Positions 29,290 to 43,777 of a DNA stretch of 64,000 nucleotides are shown piece by piece. The notes beneath the pieces were generated by a model. It was not told where the DNA came from and ran no database searches. It saw nothing but the letters and a program-made list of their open reading frames with translations. Each line of letters begins with the position of its first letter. Within the stretch, counting starts at the first letter, position 1. A program made the translations under genes and the position numbers. This DNA is from Eledone cirrhosa (taxonomy: Eukaryota): assembly GCA_964016885.1 (NCBI GenBank), contig OZ024745.1, positions 94,860,001-94,924,000 on the forward strand. The letters run 5' to 3'.

Positions 29290-30610
29290 AAGATTGAAGA
29301 ATAACATGGTCGGCTGTACAACAAGGGGCTTTATTTCAAGTATTAACAATTGTTTCATTGATCAGGTGAGTCTAGAGGCCGATAACCACTCGAAGTTGCG
29401 TCACTCGACCTCCAATACAGTGTTTACCTCTGATCGAATCCTCAGAATACGAAAGAACTCACATATGGCATGGTATATATATATAGAGATACAGCGTAGA
29501 ATCAAAATAATAACATCAATAATAAAATATAATGATAAATAGGTAAAGAAGTTAGAGATGTAAAACGTAAGAAAAAAAAAAAGAAATAAAATAAGTAAGA
29601 GCATATAAGTACAGAATACGGTAGTTGATAATAGTGGTGGTGGTGAGTAAGTGTCTGTATAAGGATGTGGGGTGGAGGTAGTACTGTATAAGGATGTGGG
29701 GTGGAGGTAGTACTAACATGAAAAGCAATATTCGATACATACATAGATACGTGTTTAGAATAGGAAGTAGTAACAAATGACAGATAAAAGAAAAAACAAT
29801 AAATTAGAAATTAAGTGAGATATACTAGCATGAGATATAAGGGCTAGGGATGGATGTGTGTGAGGTAAACATTTTGCCTGCTGATTGTCTTATCTTAATA
29901 GGGTTGATGTGGTTTCAAGGAGAGAGGGTGAAAGAAAGGTTAGGAGATTTATGATCTAATGACCAGTCGGTTAGTTGACAGCTGATAACAGTGTGGTGGT
30001 ATGTATTCCATACGTTAAAATCCTGGTGGTTTAGTTCGAATTTTGGGATTGCTGGGTCTATCCATAATTAACTCCATACCACATAGTATATCCCTCAGAA
30101 TATCCCGCCTATTTTCTAACCTAGAGATTTTTAACGAACACGCAAACTATTATAACATAGCTTTACATAAGGCAGGACATAAGGAGGGGTTCAAATACAT
30201 ACCAGATAGACACAGCAACAACAAACCTAACGACAGCTACACTACCCACACCTATAGAAATAACAAACATAGGACTAAACATAGAATTAGACAACGAGCA
30301 CCAAAAATAACTGAACCGAATACTAACATAAGGACTCCTAGGAACTATAGAAAATACAGAGATAGGAAATACTTATGGTTCAATCCAATATTCAAATCCT
30401 ATATAAAAACCAAACTACCTTCTACATTATTTAAGCTAATTGACAAAAACTTCCCTAAACTACACAAATATAATAGAATCTTTAACAGAAAAGCTATCAA
30501 ACTCTCTTACTCCTACTGCAGCCAACATAGAATCACACATACGTAAAATCAACCACATAAGAATCTCTAAAGAAAATAACCTACCAACATACACCATAGC
30601 ACCAAATACA
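29285..30610 (+). mobile_element. truncated PLE: inverted 3' UTR/pseudo-LTR (29285-30050) joined to an RT-thumb/linker fragment (30055-30610)
   Basis: IPHSISLRISRL...YYNIALHKAGH...WFNP...KIFNR-like...IKLSYS, homologous to the 7640-10081 protein. Confidence 0.8.
29340..29450 (-). ncRNA. hammerhead ribozyme with long stem II (homologue at 53697-53809, +, core CCGACGA)
   Basis: GUAUU-CUGAGGA-U-UCGAUCAG...CUGAUCAA-U-GAAA-C-AAUU-G-UU-AAUAC. Confidence 0.78.
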
Positions 30611-30880
30611 AAATGCATTCAGTTTTACTGAGACACAAAGCACCTACTTCCATACAAACTTTTAAATTGCTTTGCTTATTGTAATTGTTGATATGGATAT
30701 TAAACAACAGTCTTAAGCTGGAGAATGTTGTTATTGTTTTTGTTGATATTGTTCAGGGACATGTCAGCAATAACCCAAACGAAATCTCAGTTATGTTGAT
30801 CAACTTTTTCTTTTCAGTCATTAAAAACAATCGTAACCCTGTATATTTGCAAAAACCGAAATTACTTTCTTACCAATCCA

Positions 30881-31037
<157 letters not shown>

Positions 31038-31086
31038 CGCACACACTCACGCACTCACGCACACACACACACACACATACACACAT

Positions 31087-31134
<48 letters not shown>

Positions 31135-32065
31135 AGAATAGGGTAGCTGTATAGTTGGTAGTTAAGTTGGGCTTAAAAATAGGAATAAGAATGAGAAGAA
31201 AGCAAGAACGAGGGGGGGGGGGGTTGCTCATCAGTTGTCTATTGGGGGTCTCGGATATTTCAACGCTTTATAGACATACACGCACGCACACACACACACA
31301 CACACACAAACATATATATATATATACATATACATATTCATATATATGGCAAAACAATCTCTACACCGTATAGATTCAGACGAAATTTGTTCGCGGTATT
31401 TCATCTGGCTGCTGTAATTCCGACTTTAAACTCTCCAGCTAACATGAATCTCATCAGCCATGAAATTACTGGGAAGCGCTGGCAACGAGTCTACTGTAAA
31501 AGAAGAGAAAACGATAATGCTTACTAAAATAATGAAATCGTCAAAACCTACTATCGTCTCCTATAATAAAACGTGCTATACTCTGCTTATAATAATGATT
31601 TCTAATTCAGGCATGACCAACGCTTTTTGGGTGGAGTGGAAGTCAATTATATCGACTACAGTATTTTAGTGATACTTATTTTATCGGTTATGGAAAGATG
31701 AAAGGCAAAATTGATTTAAACTAACCAACCAATACCAGTCAGACCACAATTACCCAGAACATAATAATAAAAAAAAAATTATAATTAAAATCACAGCAGG
31801 ATAATTCTTCGAACAAGGGACCTTTTAAATGGGACCCTATTTCACACATATCAGAAGCATTATATAATATATGTTTTTTTTATACAACCTTATACAATAA
31901 CACCCCCACCCCCGCCAAACTACAAGACTAAACTATCCAAACCACTCCAGAAAAAAATACAATAACACAGTTAAATATAATTAGTATTAAAATTAAAACC
32001 GCAGCAGAAAAAGCTTTCGTTCCAGAAGACTTTTATCGAGGGCTCTTATTCCACGCGGCATTAAC

Positions 32066-32110
<45 letters not shown>

Positions 32111-32114
<4 letters not shown>

Positions 32115-34722
32115 CCCCCTGACCTCCCCCTCTCCGCACCTGAGCGCTCACTCCTTAGTAGAGGCCTTCGCTTCATACCCCACACTCCGCTCAGCGACGA
32201 GTTCCGCACCCGAACGGAAGTCGAGCGATTCGTGCGACGCACTAAGCTACAGGCACATTTCGGTCAAACGCCACCGGCTCCGGACGCCCCAGACCCGTTT
32301 CTCGCCCTGGGCCGACGACCATCTTCTTGGACGCCGGCCCCAGGGCAATTTAGCACCCTGGACGCCTTCGTCGATGCCAGCCGTAGCGCAGTAAATCGTT
32401 TCGACTTCCGCCACCGTTCCAAACGGCACAACATCTCACGGGGCGAACTCCTCGCTCTCCGCTCCCTCCGTAGCCGAGATGACATCGTCATCAAACCGGC
32501 GGACAAGGGAGGCGCCGTGGTGGTATGGCGCGCGGACCTCTACAAGGCCGAAGCCCTCAGGCAGCTCTGTAACCCCCTCTTTTACCGCCCTCTACCCTCC
32601 GATCCCACCCCCCTCTACCAACAACAAGTCTCATCCACCATCAAAGACCTTATCGCCTCCTCCCTCCTCCCCCCCCACCGCTTCCCACCTCATCGTCCGC
32701 ACACCCCGCACCCCCACCATCTACTTCCTCCCCAAACTCCACAAACCCGACAACCCCGGCCGTCCCATCGTCTCCGCTTGCAACTGCCCCACCGAACTCA
32801 TCTCCGCCTTTCTCGACTCCCTCCTCGCCCCCCTTGTCACCACCCTCCCCTCCCACATCTCTGACACCAACCACGCCCTGCGCCTTTTCGACTCCTTCAC
32901 CTACCTACCCGGCCCTCAGCCATTCCTCTTCACCCTAGACATCAAGTCCCTCTATACCGTCATCCCCCACGCCGACGGCCTTCGCGCCCTCAAACACTAC
33001 CTTCGCCCCTCCCCCATTCCCTCCACCCCCACCCTCCTTCGCCTCGCCGAGCTGGTCCTCACCCTAAATTGTTTCTCCTTCTCGGGTGAGTTTTACCAAC
33101 AGGTCACGGGGGTAGCCATGGGCACAAGAATGGGCCCGAACTATGCCAACCTTTTTGTTGGCCATGTTGAGGCCCAAATCTTTGCCCAGTACACCGGCCC
33201 CACGCCCGAACTGTACGGTCGTTACATTGACGACTGTATCGGAGCCACGACCCTCACCCGAGTACAGCTCGACTCCTTTCTCTCCTTCTTCTGCTCCTTC
33301 CACCCCTCCCTCCACTTCACCACCTCTATCTCCACCACCCACGTCCACTTCTTGGACATCTCCGTCGACTTCGACCCCTCCCACCACTCCCTCGTCACCT
33401 CCGCCTTCTTCAAACCCACCGACTCCCACTCTTACCTCGACTTCACCTCTTCCCACCCCACCCACACTAAACTCTCCATTCCCTACTCCCAACTTCTCAG
33501 GATCCGCCGCCTCTGTAGCCGAGATGCTGACTTCGAGTCCCAAGCCCTTTCCCTAGTCAGCCATTTCATCCGCAGAGGTTACCCCCGCTCTACCACCCTC
33601 ACCCCACGCCACCGCACACCCACCCACCGTCTCCCCTTCCCCATCACCTACCACCCCTCCACCTTACCCCTCCACCGCACCATCCGCCGCCTCTTCCGAC
33701 ACCTCCAGTCCGACCCCTCCACCTCCCACATCTTCCCAACCCCACCACTCCCCTCCTTCATACGCGCACGCAATCTCCGCACCCTCCTCGTCCACAGCTC
33801 CCTACCCCCCAACCCACGCTCCGTTCCCCCCCCCCGGTTCCTTCCCCTGTTCTAGGCCCCGCTGCAACACCTGTCCCCACATCACCAACACCACCACCTT
33901 CCAGGGTCCCAACGGCCACCCTCTCTCGGTCCGGCATGCCTTCCGCTGTACCTCCTCCAACCTAGTCTACGGACTTCGTTGCACGAGGTGCAGCGCGACT
34001 TATGTCGGACAGACGGGACGCCGCCTGGCGGACCGAGTCACGGAGCACCTCCGGGACATTCGCCTCGCGGGCAGTTCCCCCATCGCCCGCCACTTTGGTG
34101 GCCCTGGACACTCCGCACACCATCTCACAGTCTGTGGCCTACTCCAGTGCCACGGAACACCCGCCCATCGCCTCACGGTCGAACAACGTACTATCTTCAT
34201 CTTACAGACCCCCCCCCCGGCCTGAACTCCCCACCCTTATTCCTTTAGCGTTCGACCGCCCCCCTCCCCCCTTATCCCCCACTAACACCACTAACACACC
34301 CCTCCTTTTCACCGCCCACCCCACACTAACAATACTAACACCCCCACTCCACCCCTCATCTAACCACCCTTCCCCAACTAACATACTAACATCCCTTCCC
34401 TCCCCTCTTCTCCTCCTCCCCCCTCCTTATCACACGCACACACTTACACCACCCACCCCACACGCAACTAACATCACTAACACCCTCCAACCCCACGCAT
34501 ACGTACCCACACACCCTCGTACACCACCACTCTACACACCCTACCCCCACTAACCCCCACTCACACCTGCATTCCACCCCTCCCCACCTCCCGTCTACTA
34601 ACACCCACTAACACCTCCTCACCAAACTACACACACACCAGTACACCACACTCCCTCCACAGAACCACACACACCCTTCTCTCCCCACTCCACACTCACT
34701 CATCCCACTAACACCCCTACTA

Positions 34723-34767
<45 letters not shown>

Positions 34768-35707
34768 CCTCACTCCAACTCTCACACCTACCCATCCTCG
34801 CCTCCCTACCATTCCGCTGACTGCTGCTATGCCCTTCCGACCACTGTCTCAGCACCCACTGACCACAGCACTTCCACTGCTGACCACTTCCTGTTGCGCG
34901 CGCACCCCACATCTCTCCTCTTCCGACCACCACTTCTTGGATTACCCACACGCGTTTTGACTTCCAACCAAAATCTCCATACATCCATGTAACTTACCAC
35001 TTTTCAACCATCCTCTAACACCATCACCTATATAACTCACCCACACACACATCCCAAAACAAATTTTTTTATCCACACGCCACCCACAACCACAACACGC
35101 TTAAACCACACACACGTGCTTCCCACCACATATTTACACCCTCAGCCCCCTGATTCCTCTCCCCCCACCCCCTATCCACACACGCACAGACCCTCCGACA
35201 CACAAAAACACCCCCCACACACACCTTCCTGAACATGCAACCCCGTTCTTCCCCCAACCCTCACTTTCACATACACACACACACACACACACACCTAACC
35301 ACACACACCACCTTCAGCCCTCCCCGCTCGGACACCCCGTCTCCCTCTCCCCACTCCACCCGCCTCCATCTCTACTCACCCCACACCCTTCCACCACCTG
35401 TTTACCCCCCTTTTAATTTCAGCTTATTTTGATCATGCCTTTATTTTTAAATGTTCTCATTCCTTGTATTTTGATCATGCTTTATTTTTATTTATTATTT
35501 ATTATAATTTTGTCTTTATTTGTTAATTTTTCATTCGCACCGTTTCCTTTCGCTATATGTCTCTCCACCACTCCCCTACACACCTTTTGAACTCTTACCC
35601 GAAGAAGGGCTTATGCCCGAAACGTCGTCCTCCACCTACCCCCCACTCTCCTGAGCGTGAAGCTAATACACATTTGTCGTACTGCCTCTCTGTTCTGTCC
35701 CTGTTCA

Positions 35708-35714
<7 letters not shown>
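32111..35714 (+). mobile_element. Neptune-type Penelope-like retroelement, extremely C-rich, in (TA)n
   Basis: N-terminal LSAPERSLLSRGLRFIP; ADKGG; LPKLHK..PGRPIVS; MGTRMGPNYAN; YIDD; Cys linker CSRPRCNTC; GIY-YIG NLVYGLRC..C...YVGQT.R; HHR-like CCGAAGAAGGGCTTATGCCCGAAACGTC at 35599-35626. Confidence 0.92.
32112..34248 (+). pseudogene. Neptune-type PLE RT-endonuclease ORF, frameshifted at poly-C tracts
   Basis: Frames switch at C8 (32669-32676), C10 (33826-33835) and C10 (34209-34218). Confidence 0.85.
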
Positions 35715-35781
<67 letters not shown>

Positions 35782-35862
35782 ATATATATATATATATATA
35801 TATGATATTTATATATATATATTATACATTATATATATATATATAACAACACACACACACGT

Positions 35863-36030
<168 letters not shown>

Positions 36031-36294
36031 ATATAAACATGTAAAAAGAAGATTAACATGGATAAGTGATATAATAGGGTTTATTCTAAGCATTAACATA
36101 TGTTTCATCGCCTGATTAGCAATTGATTCTTGTCTTGAACCGCTATCATCAATAATCGAAACTACCCTCCGAAAAGCCTGACTAAGTCAACTACCACCGT
36201 ACGCTGAAATATTCCTCTTCGTAACCTGAGCTAAGGTAACCCAAAACGATAACTCGTTCACTTTGATGTCTATATTTATCACATGCTCATCAGT

Positions 36295-36344
36295 TCTTGT
36301 CTGATGACCATATGATAAACAGGCGAAACTCCAGAGTAACAAGA
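36295..36344 (+). ncRNA. hammerhead ribozyme with weak stem II
   Basis: UCUUGU-CUGAUGA-CC...GGC-GAAA-CUC-CA-GAG-UA-ACAAGA. Confidence 0.7.
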
Positions 36345-36637
36345 CTCGCTATTTAGCCTTAATAAAGTGAATATATATATATATATTATATATATATGAA
36401 ATGATTCAGGACCCCAACGGCTCTAGGTCCGGCCGTTTTGTCAGCTATATATATATAAGTATTGAAGTTTCCGTTGAGAATTGAAAACGTCATAGGAGTG
36501 AAGAGTGCTCTATGTAAGTTACAGAGCTAAATTTAATGTATAATAAACAATACAATATAATTACCTCATTACCAGAGGTTTCCCGAATAAGACGAATACA
36601 AGAAACGTCCGCATTCGTTCGTCAGATAAGGAAAATT

Positions 36638-36707
36638 GCCTTGTCTGACGAACGAATGCGGACGTTTCTTGTATTCGTCTTATTCGGGAAACCTCTGGTA
36701 ATGAGGT
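36638..36707 (+). ncRNA. hammerhead ribozyme in a ~95-bp-arm fold-back (mirror copy at 36563-36631, -)
   Basis: GCCUUGU-CUGACGA-A-CGAAU...AUUCG-G-GAAA-CC-UCU-GG-UA-AUGAGGU; arms ~36534-36631 / 36639-36735. Confidence 0.75.
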
Positions 36708-36732
36708 AATTATATTGTATTGTTTATTATAC

Positions 36733-36797
<65 letters not shown>

Positions 36798-37473
36798 ATG
36801 TGTGTGTATACGAGTGTCGGTTGAAAAATAAATAGTCTGACTATGCAGGAGTGATGCTAGAGCTGTGATACCTTTCATGCATTAATTTCAACTCTTCTTA
36901 TTACTAACTGCATTGTATTTTTCTCGGGGCTATGCTAAAAAATATACCTCATTTTCATCATTCGACGGGAGTAGATTTGTCAGTCTATGAACTTTTCAGC
37001 CTACGGTCTTCGCCCTCGTATGTACGTAAGAAGCAAAGAAAATATCAGTGATACGAAAAGATTTCCTGTTGGAAGTTGAGGTAAACTCCGGGAGTATATC
37101 CAGTTTCAGAGTGAAAATCCAATTTGAAAATCCAACGAATTTGAGAGGTCCACGTAAGCGTTGATATATATATATGTACGTAAAAGGTAAACAGAAATAA
37201 CAACACGATCGGTACAGTATATGGAAGGAATATATTAGGTTAACGCTTGATATAGCTGGAAGAGGGTCCTAATGTTTCTCAGAAGAAAACATGATAAATT
37301 AAAAAGATTGCAGGGACGGGCGGGGTGGAATTGGAAAATGTTTTTAGAAAAAAATAACAGGTCCATGCATGTTGCCATCTCTTGGAAAACTGTTGATGCT
37401 GGCGTTTTGTGTATGATATAGAAAAGTGGATGCTATACTTGTGCGCGTGCGTATGCGCGCGCGCGTGTGTATA

Positions 37474-38391
37474 TCTATATATCTAAAACAGAGAATGTCT
37501 CTCTGTCTGTCTCCTTAAAACTCGAGAACCACACAACCGATTTTTTTCAAACTTTACACATGTAATACTTATGGTCGTGTGAGTGTTTATAAATATTTCA
37601 AATTTTCAAGGCCCTAGGGACCGCATTAGGCACCGGTTAGCGATCTCTCACTCTTTCTTAATCTGTCCTTTTAGATAGATACATAGCCCTAGCGTTGCGC
37701 CCTTATAATATCTGTCTGTATGTCTGGCTGTCTGCATTACGACATTATAAAAACGTCTTCACGAACCAAAGTATCGTCTTCCTTCAGTTGCGACGTTTTT
37801 CGAAATATTTACTTCTGCGTTCACAGATTGATTTTTTTTAGTTTCAGAAGATCTCGTTAAGTGTGAAAGCTGCAATTCTTTGCTTAAACTTTAATCTGTT
37901 ATTTTAATATATATATATAATTATATATTCGTGTACAGATATTTTTGCATACACAAAAACAAAATATAAACAAACGTATTTATTTCACGAAAGCACAGAC
38001 GGTTTATCGTCATTGTTACTGCCGATATGCCCCCCTAACCCTAACCCCAAAAGTCCCTACTACTTTTCGTACAAGGCCAGCAATTACATAGTCAACGGTT
38101 TGGAAATCACATGCATCACTGACGAGTTTACTCCTTACCCTACCAGTTAGTCTTAGTGTACTTCGTCCTGCTTTTAGGTCATGCCTCGAAGGAAGAGATA
38201 CTCCATTGGCCGAAATACTGCGAAAGCGTCAAGAAAAAGAACAAGGCTGGCAAACGAATCCTCAGTGGAATCTGCTATTCGACGGTCGCAAGGCCGAGGT
38301 ATTCCGTACTTCTCTGTACTGTTTCAGAAAGGAGGGATAAACATGCCAATCTATGTTTAGAATCCGGAGCAACGCCGGGCAATTCTGCTAG
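37474..38391 (+). mobile_element. non-autonomous Helitron
   Basis: A|TC start, subterminal hairpin CCGG-AGCAACG-CCGG, CTAG|T end; retains a RepHel-like basic N-terminal exon MPRRKRYSIGRNTAKASRKRTRLANES (ATG at 38181 after a ttttag acceptor). Confidence 0.8.
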
Positions 38392-38439
38392 TTTATACTA
38401 TTATATGTATATATATATGTACACACACACATACAGACA

Positions 38440-38669
<230 letters not shown>

Positions 38670-40569
38670 TATACACATATATATACATATATATATATAT
38701 CACTGTAGCCATGTAATGAGTCTCGTTTTGGGCGTTTGCCCAGCTCAAACTAGCAAATACTACTTACACAAAACACTCTGCAAACAGGAAAACTTCATAC
38801 CGCCATGTTGCCTATACTTATTCCACTAAACTAGGTTTATATGCGTGCTGATAAAAAGCCGAACATTTCATCAAACGTATATGCCGGCAAGTCTATATAT
38901 TCGAGAAGGGGATTCACGATGAGCTAACAAAACCTGGTCCAATATCAAGGCAATAATATGTACTCCGAACTAAAACTCCCGAGGTATTGGTGATTTGCTC
39001 AACGTGGTGTTTGGAAATCCCTCTAAACGCTTTCAAAACACATCCCGTAAACAACTGGGATGTTTCCATAAATCCACCAATATGAACAATCTGTCTAGTA
39101 AGACAAAATGTATCACCAAAAATATATATAAATGGCCTGATACTTAACTTATGATTAGTAAGTAAATGAAACTATTAGCTTCAGACCTTAACGTATTATG
39201 TCATCAAGTATGAAATTTGTAGAAATTCGGGTTTTTTTCTACAAATTTCAACACATTTCATACTTGACCACCCAATAGAATGCTTAGCAGCACGCTCTAC
39301 ATGAATTACTATAAAAAAAACCCTAAGAACAATTTCCAAGCTTTACTTTCAATGCAGACTAATGAACCCTAAAGAGACTGAACTAGCTGATTAGTTATCA
39401 GTTATTTGACCCCCAAGAGTAGCCACATTGTGCAGGTCACTAACATTCCATTCCGGAACAACAGTTCATCATTGATCGATTGCTTTTATAATTTGCAAAT
39501 ATGTGCTGCTGTAAATTTACACACTTGACATTACTATATTTTATCCTTTCATCATTTAGATCATCCAACTGAACCCCTTAAATTTCATCCGCAGTTATAT
39601 CCTGATTGCTGATGTAGAGACCGCTAGAGAGTCTTTTTTTGTCTTTGACAACTCCCTCTGGGTCAAAAGAAAAGGCGTCGAACTTTTCGACTTCCACATT
39701 GATTATTTCAACAGAGTGAAAATCAATTATCTAATCAGCCTATTCATATAGATAACATCAAAAGGAAGTTCAACCGTATAGATCAACATCTCAATAGAGT
39801 AATAAATCTAAACTATAACAGGAATGGTCATCAAATATCTATGCTTAGAAAGAAACTAATCAATTTGATTGAAACGCTCCAATTTGAAAAAAGCAACAAC
39901 ACTTTTCACGTTTATGACAACATAGTTAATTTTCACTTTTCTGTATATCATACTAAACATACCGGTAGACACATACTGCCCATTTACAAAAACAAAACCT
40001 TCAAATGTATAAGGTACGCTACCATTTACTTCAGCTAACTTTTCTTCGTCGTGAGAAATAGCTGACAACAGTCGAGTGCAGATTTAACCGTACAGCTGAA
40101 TACAATGGGGCTCTTAGCTAAAACGCTGCTACAATTATGATCGGCTACACATCTGGATTCGACACACATCACACTAGAAAGTCCAGGAGAAGAACGTCAT
40201 ATGAAGTAGTCCCAGCTCAAACACCAGCTCCAGTTTTACCCGATTATCCATTAGCTTAATTAGCACGAACCTCCTTATAGTTAGTATACAACACATATAA
40301 TGTCAAAGTGAGCTGTAGTTGTCCATACGGATTCACTTCCTCCTTAGCTACAATAAAAAAAATTATGGCAAAGCAAGAACTACATAAATTATATATGCCT
40401 ATAATGCATTAAAAATAAACCGTCAACACTCCAGAAGATGTGACCGGTCTGTAAACGTTGACAAATCTATAGACATAGAAAATTGTTCCGAACTAACTGT
40501 AGTGTTATATTAGAAAATATGGAAAGATTCTAGTGAAAAATTGAAACTGAAAAGTAATCCTGTCTTCAA

Positions 40570-41840
40570 CAATATCTACAAGATTCCCATGTGGATAAGA
40601 ACCGAGACGAGGTAACGAACGGGCAGGGTGGCCACTATCACCCAGAAACAGGCCGAGAGGAAGCTATCCCTGAAAGTTTGGGTGGAGATGGCGAACGCGT
40701 AGATGGCGTCCGTCATCTATTACCGCCCGACCGTTGTGCTTTGCTCCCGTTCGCACTTCACCAAATTTGAACGCCTGCTCTTCAACCTCTTATGGAAGGG
40801 ACAGGTTCCATTGATGAAGCTACGGCATCTTCAGATATTCTTAAACATTGAATAGGTGTGGTCGACTTTGTGCGACAGATCTTTCCGCAGCTCCTCTCTT
40901 TGACGTCAAGAAGAGACCACGACTGGGCATCTGGCATTTGGAATGTAGCCAGGCGCTCACTGCCCTCAACGAAGTGAGCAAAATAGGCCAGTGGAAGTTG
41001 CACTCTAGAATTCTATAGAAAAGTGTGACGTCAATCTCGGAGAGGCTCTGGATGTCAACGAAACCGAACTGACTAGTCTGTTCCGGAGGACTTTCGAACC
41101 GTGGACTATGGATAACTTCCAGAAATCTCTCGCTTGGTAGTGCTACCGGGTGGAACTGCCGGTTCGAGATAAACTCTACAGGCACGGAAGAGCGACGAAA
41201 CCGTTCTGCATGCACTCGTCCAGTGTCCGTGCATCACTGACTTGTGCAATTATGTCGAACAGCTGTTGTCGTGTGTAGAACGGATCCGGCTATCGGCCGA
41301 GTCCATAGTTAAGACCAATCCGCCGCCTTCTTTTGGTCGGGAAGGGCAGGCAATTTTCCTCTGTCTGGTGGTGCTAGCGAAAAGGTTGTATGGTGGACGA
41401 GGTTGAAAGGACTGAAGGCAGACACTTTTCCCTTCGGCCAATCCCTCATCAACTTTTTCAAGTTTCACTTGGAAAGGAAGGTGAGGGTGGAGATAGAAGT
41501 GCTGTCCCCATTACATTTGCTAAAAGGTGGGTGAATGTAGCGAGAATGTCCCGTGTGAATGGGCCTACTCTGATCATGCACCTGAAGGCTGGCTAATTTG
41601 AGGAGAAGAGGGGTATCCTTCCCGAGTGCCCTCGAAGCGTCAGGTGGTTCAGCATTGGTTGAGTACCTGAGTCAACCATAGATGGTTATCCCTACTATTG
41701 GAGAATTTTCATTGTTGTATTTTTCTTTTTTATTATTAGTTATCCTATTTTTAACATGATTTTGTGTAAACCCCCATTGTCCCCGTCTATTGTATGGTCC
41801 CCTATATGTTCGCTCTTATGGCCAATAAATGAAACCATTG
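40570..41840 (+). mobile_element. degraded L1/Tx1-clade LINE 3' fragment
   Basis: RKLSLK..VEMAN..MASVIYYR...FERLLFNLLWKG (~40660-40805); CCHC-type ETVLHALVQC (~41198-41227); AATAAA near 41824. Confidence 0.7.
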
Positions 41841-41895
41841 TTAGGGCGGTGGATTGGTAGTAAATACGGTGGGTTGCTATATAGAACTTAGATAA

Positions 41896-43636
41896 CACCG
41901 TGTAACATATTTTTTGTTCCCCGGTTCTAAGTGTCATTTCATGGTTTTTTATATCCCATTATTATTAAAAAAACACTATTATTTAATCAGAAGTTTGGGT
42001 TTGTGGTCAGGGGTTTGATATTTCGAAATTTTCATATTTTTCAAGAAAAAACACATTTAAAAAAATTTATCAGTTCATATAATTAAATCAACAGAGTATA
42101 TCTTTATTTTATTACACAAGATTATCAAAAGCAAACAAGTAAAAACAAATAACACTTATAAAGCAACTTATGTACGTCAGAAATGACTGGATTTCCTGGA
42201 TTTGCGGTTGTAGTCCAGGTCGCATTCCCGCACTAGCCCCCAGATATAGTCCCCCATCATTTTTTCATTGTATTGGCCCTGGTACCTCCGCTCTATCTCT
42301 TTCACATCTTGGTGGAATCGTTCGCCCTGTTCTTCTGAGTAGACGCCCATATTGTCCTTGAAATTTTCCAGGTGAGCGTCCAAGCATATAGAGTTTAGGC
42401 GACATCCTGCATCCCATGGCGCCAAAAGACCTTATCAGATCCTGCACCAGTTGCTGGTAGTTTTCAGCTCTGTAGTTGCCAAGGAAGCCCTTAACAACTG
42501 CATTGAAACAGTTCCATGGTGTTCTCTCAATCCTATTGAGCTTATTGGAGAACTCGGTAGACTCAAACAACTTCTTTATCTGAGGTCCAACAAAAATTCC
42601 ACCTTTGATTTTGGCCTCAGATAACTTGGGGAAGAACTTAAGAAGGTAATTAAAAGCGGCTGATTCTTGGTTGAGAGCCTTCACAAACTGCTTCATCAAC
42701 CCCAACTTAATGTTCAGTGGTGGCATGAGCACAATCCGGGGATCAACCAGTGGCTCCCACATGACGTTCCGGATCCCAGCTACAAATTATGTTCGCTGCT
42801 CCCAGTTCTTTCTTTTGTAGTGGTCAGAGGTGACTCTGCTGTCCCAAAGGCAGAGGAAGCATTGGAATTTGATAAAGCCTCCTTGGAGTCCAAGCAGGAA
42901 AGCCACCATCTTGAAGTCTCCAATGATTTCACAATTGTACTGGTTGTATTGCAGAGCTTCCAAGAAGACTTTCACACTGTATTAATCTTCCTTCAGGCAG
43001 ACTGAATGAGCTAGGGCCAGTGTCAGGAACTTGTTTCCATTGTGGAGGAGGACAGCCTTCAAACTTGTGGTGGAGCTGTCTATAAATAGCCGTCACTCCT
43101 TAGGCACAAACGGCACCCCAATAACCTTAAACAGTCCAGGCACGCCATGGCAGAAGCAGAGGCCATCCCTAAGAGTGTAAAAGCCTGAGAAAGGTTTGTG
43201 TCGACTTCTCTGACTTGTCACCTGCACTTCCTCCTTGACCAAGTTCCACTGCTTCATCCTGGAGACGAATGCTTAAAACACAACTTACCCTTTATTCAGG
43301 GTGCAAAAATCCAGTATCAATAAATCTCTTTAATCCACTTTTTAACAATGTTATACTTTATTGCACTTTTATAATTTTCTTTAGGTATTACTCTTTATTT
43401 TATAATTTTAATTTAACCTGAAACATATATAAAAAAAAAATCATTTAACATAAGCAAATTAAACTTACATACAACGTAAAATCCAGCATACAAATAATTC
43501 TAATGAATAGCTTAGAATGTTTACAAACCCAAACTTTTAACTGTTTAATAGCACTTTTTTTTATTTGGGACCTAAGCAACACAAAAAAAGTGATTAAAAG
43601 CCAGGAACAGAGAAAAAAAAGTTTTGTTACACGGTG
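41896..43636 (-). mobile_element. Chapaev3-like (CMC) DNA transposon, internally deleted and frameshifted
   Basis: TIRs CACCGTGTAACA / TGTTACACGGTG; TAA target duplication on both sides; transposase motifs GDFKMVAFLLGLQGG, CFLCLWDSR, PPLxIKLGLMKQFVKAL, SEEQGERFHQD. Confidence 0.85.
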
Positions 43637-43734
43637 TAATCAGCAAATGGCACTTTATAGACAAAAAAACATTGGTCAGCGGTAGCTATTCAGATACCAA
43701 TTGACTCACTAACCCTGACAGTATAGATATACAA

Positions 43735-43777
<43 letters not shown>

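Noticed and set aside
32650-34984. Alternative-frame and antisense ORFs in the Neptune element
   Set aside because: By-products of C-rich, stop-poor composition; no recognisable motifs.
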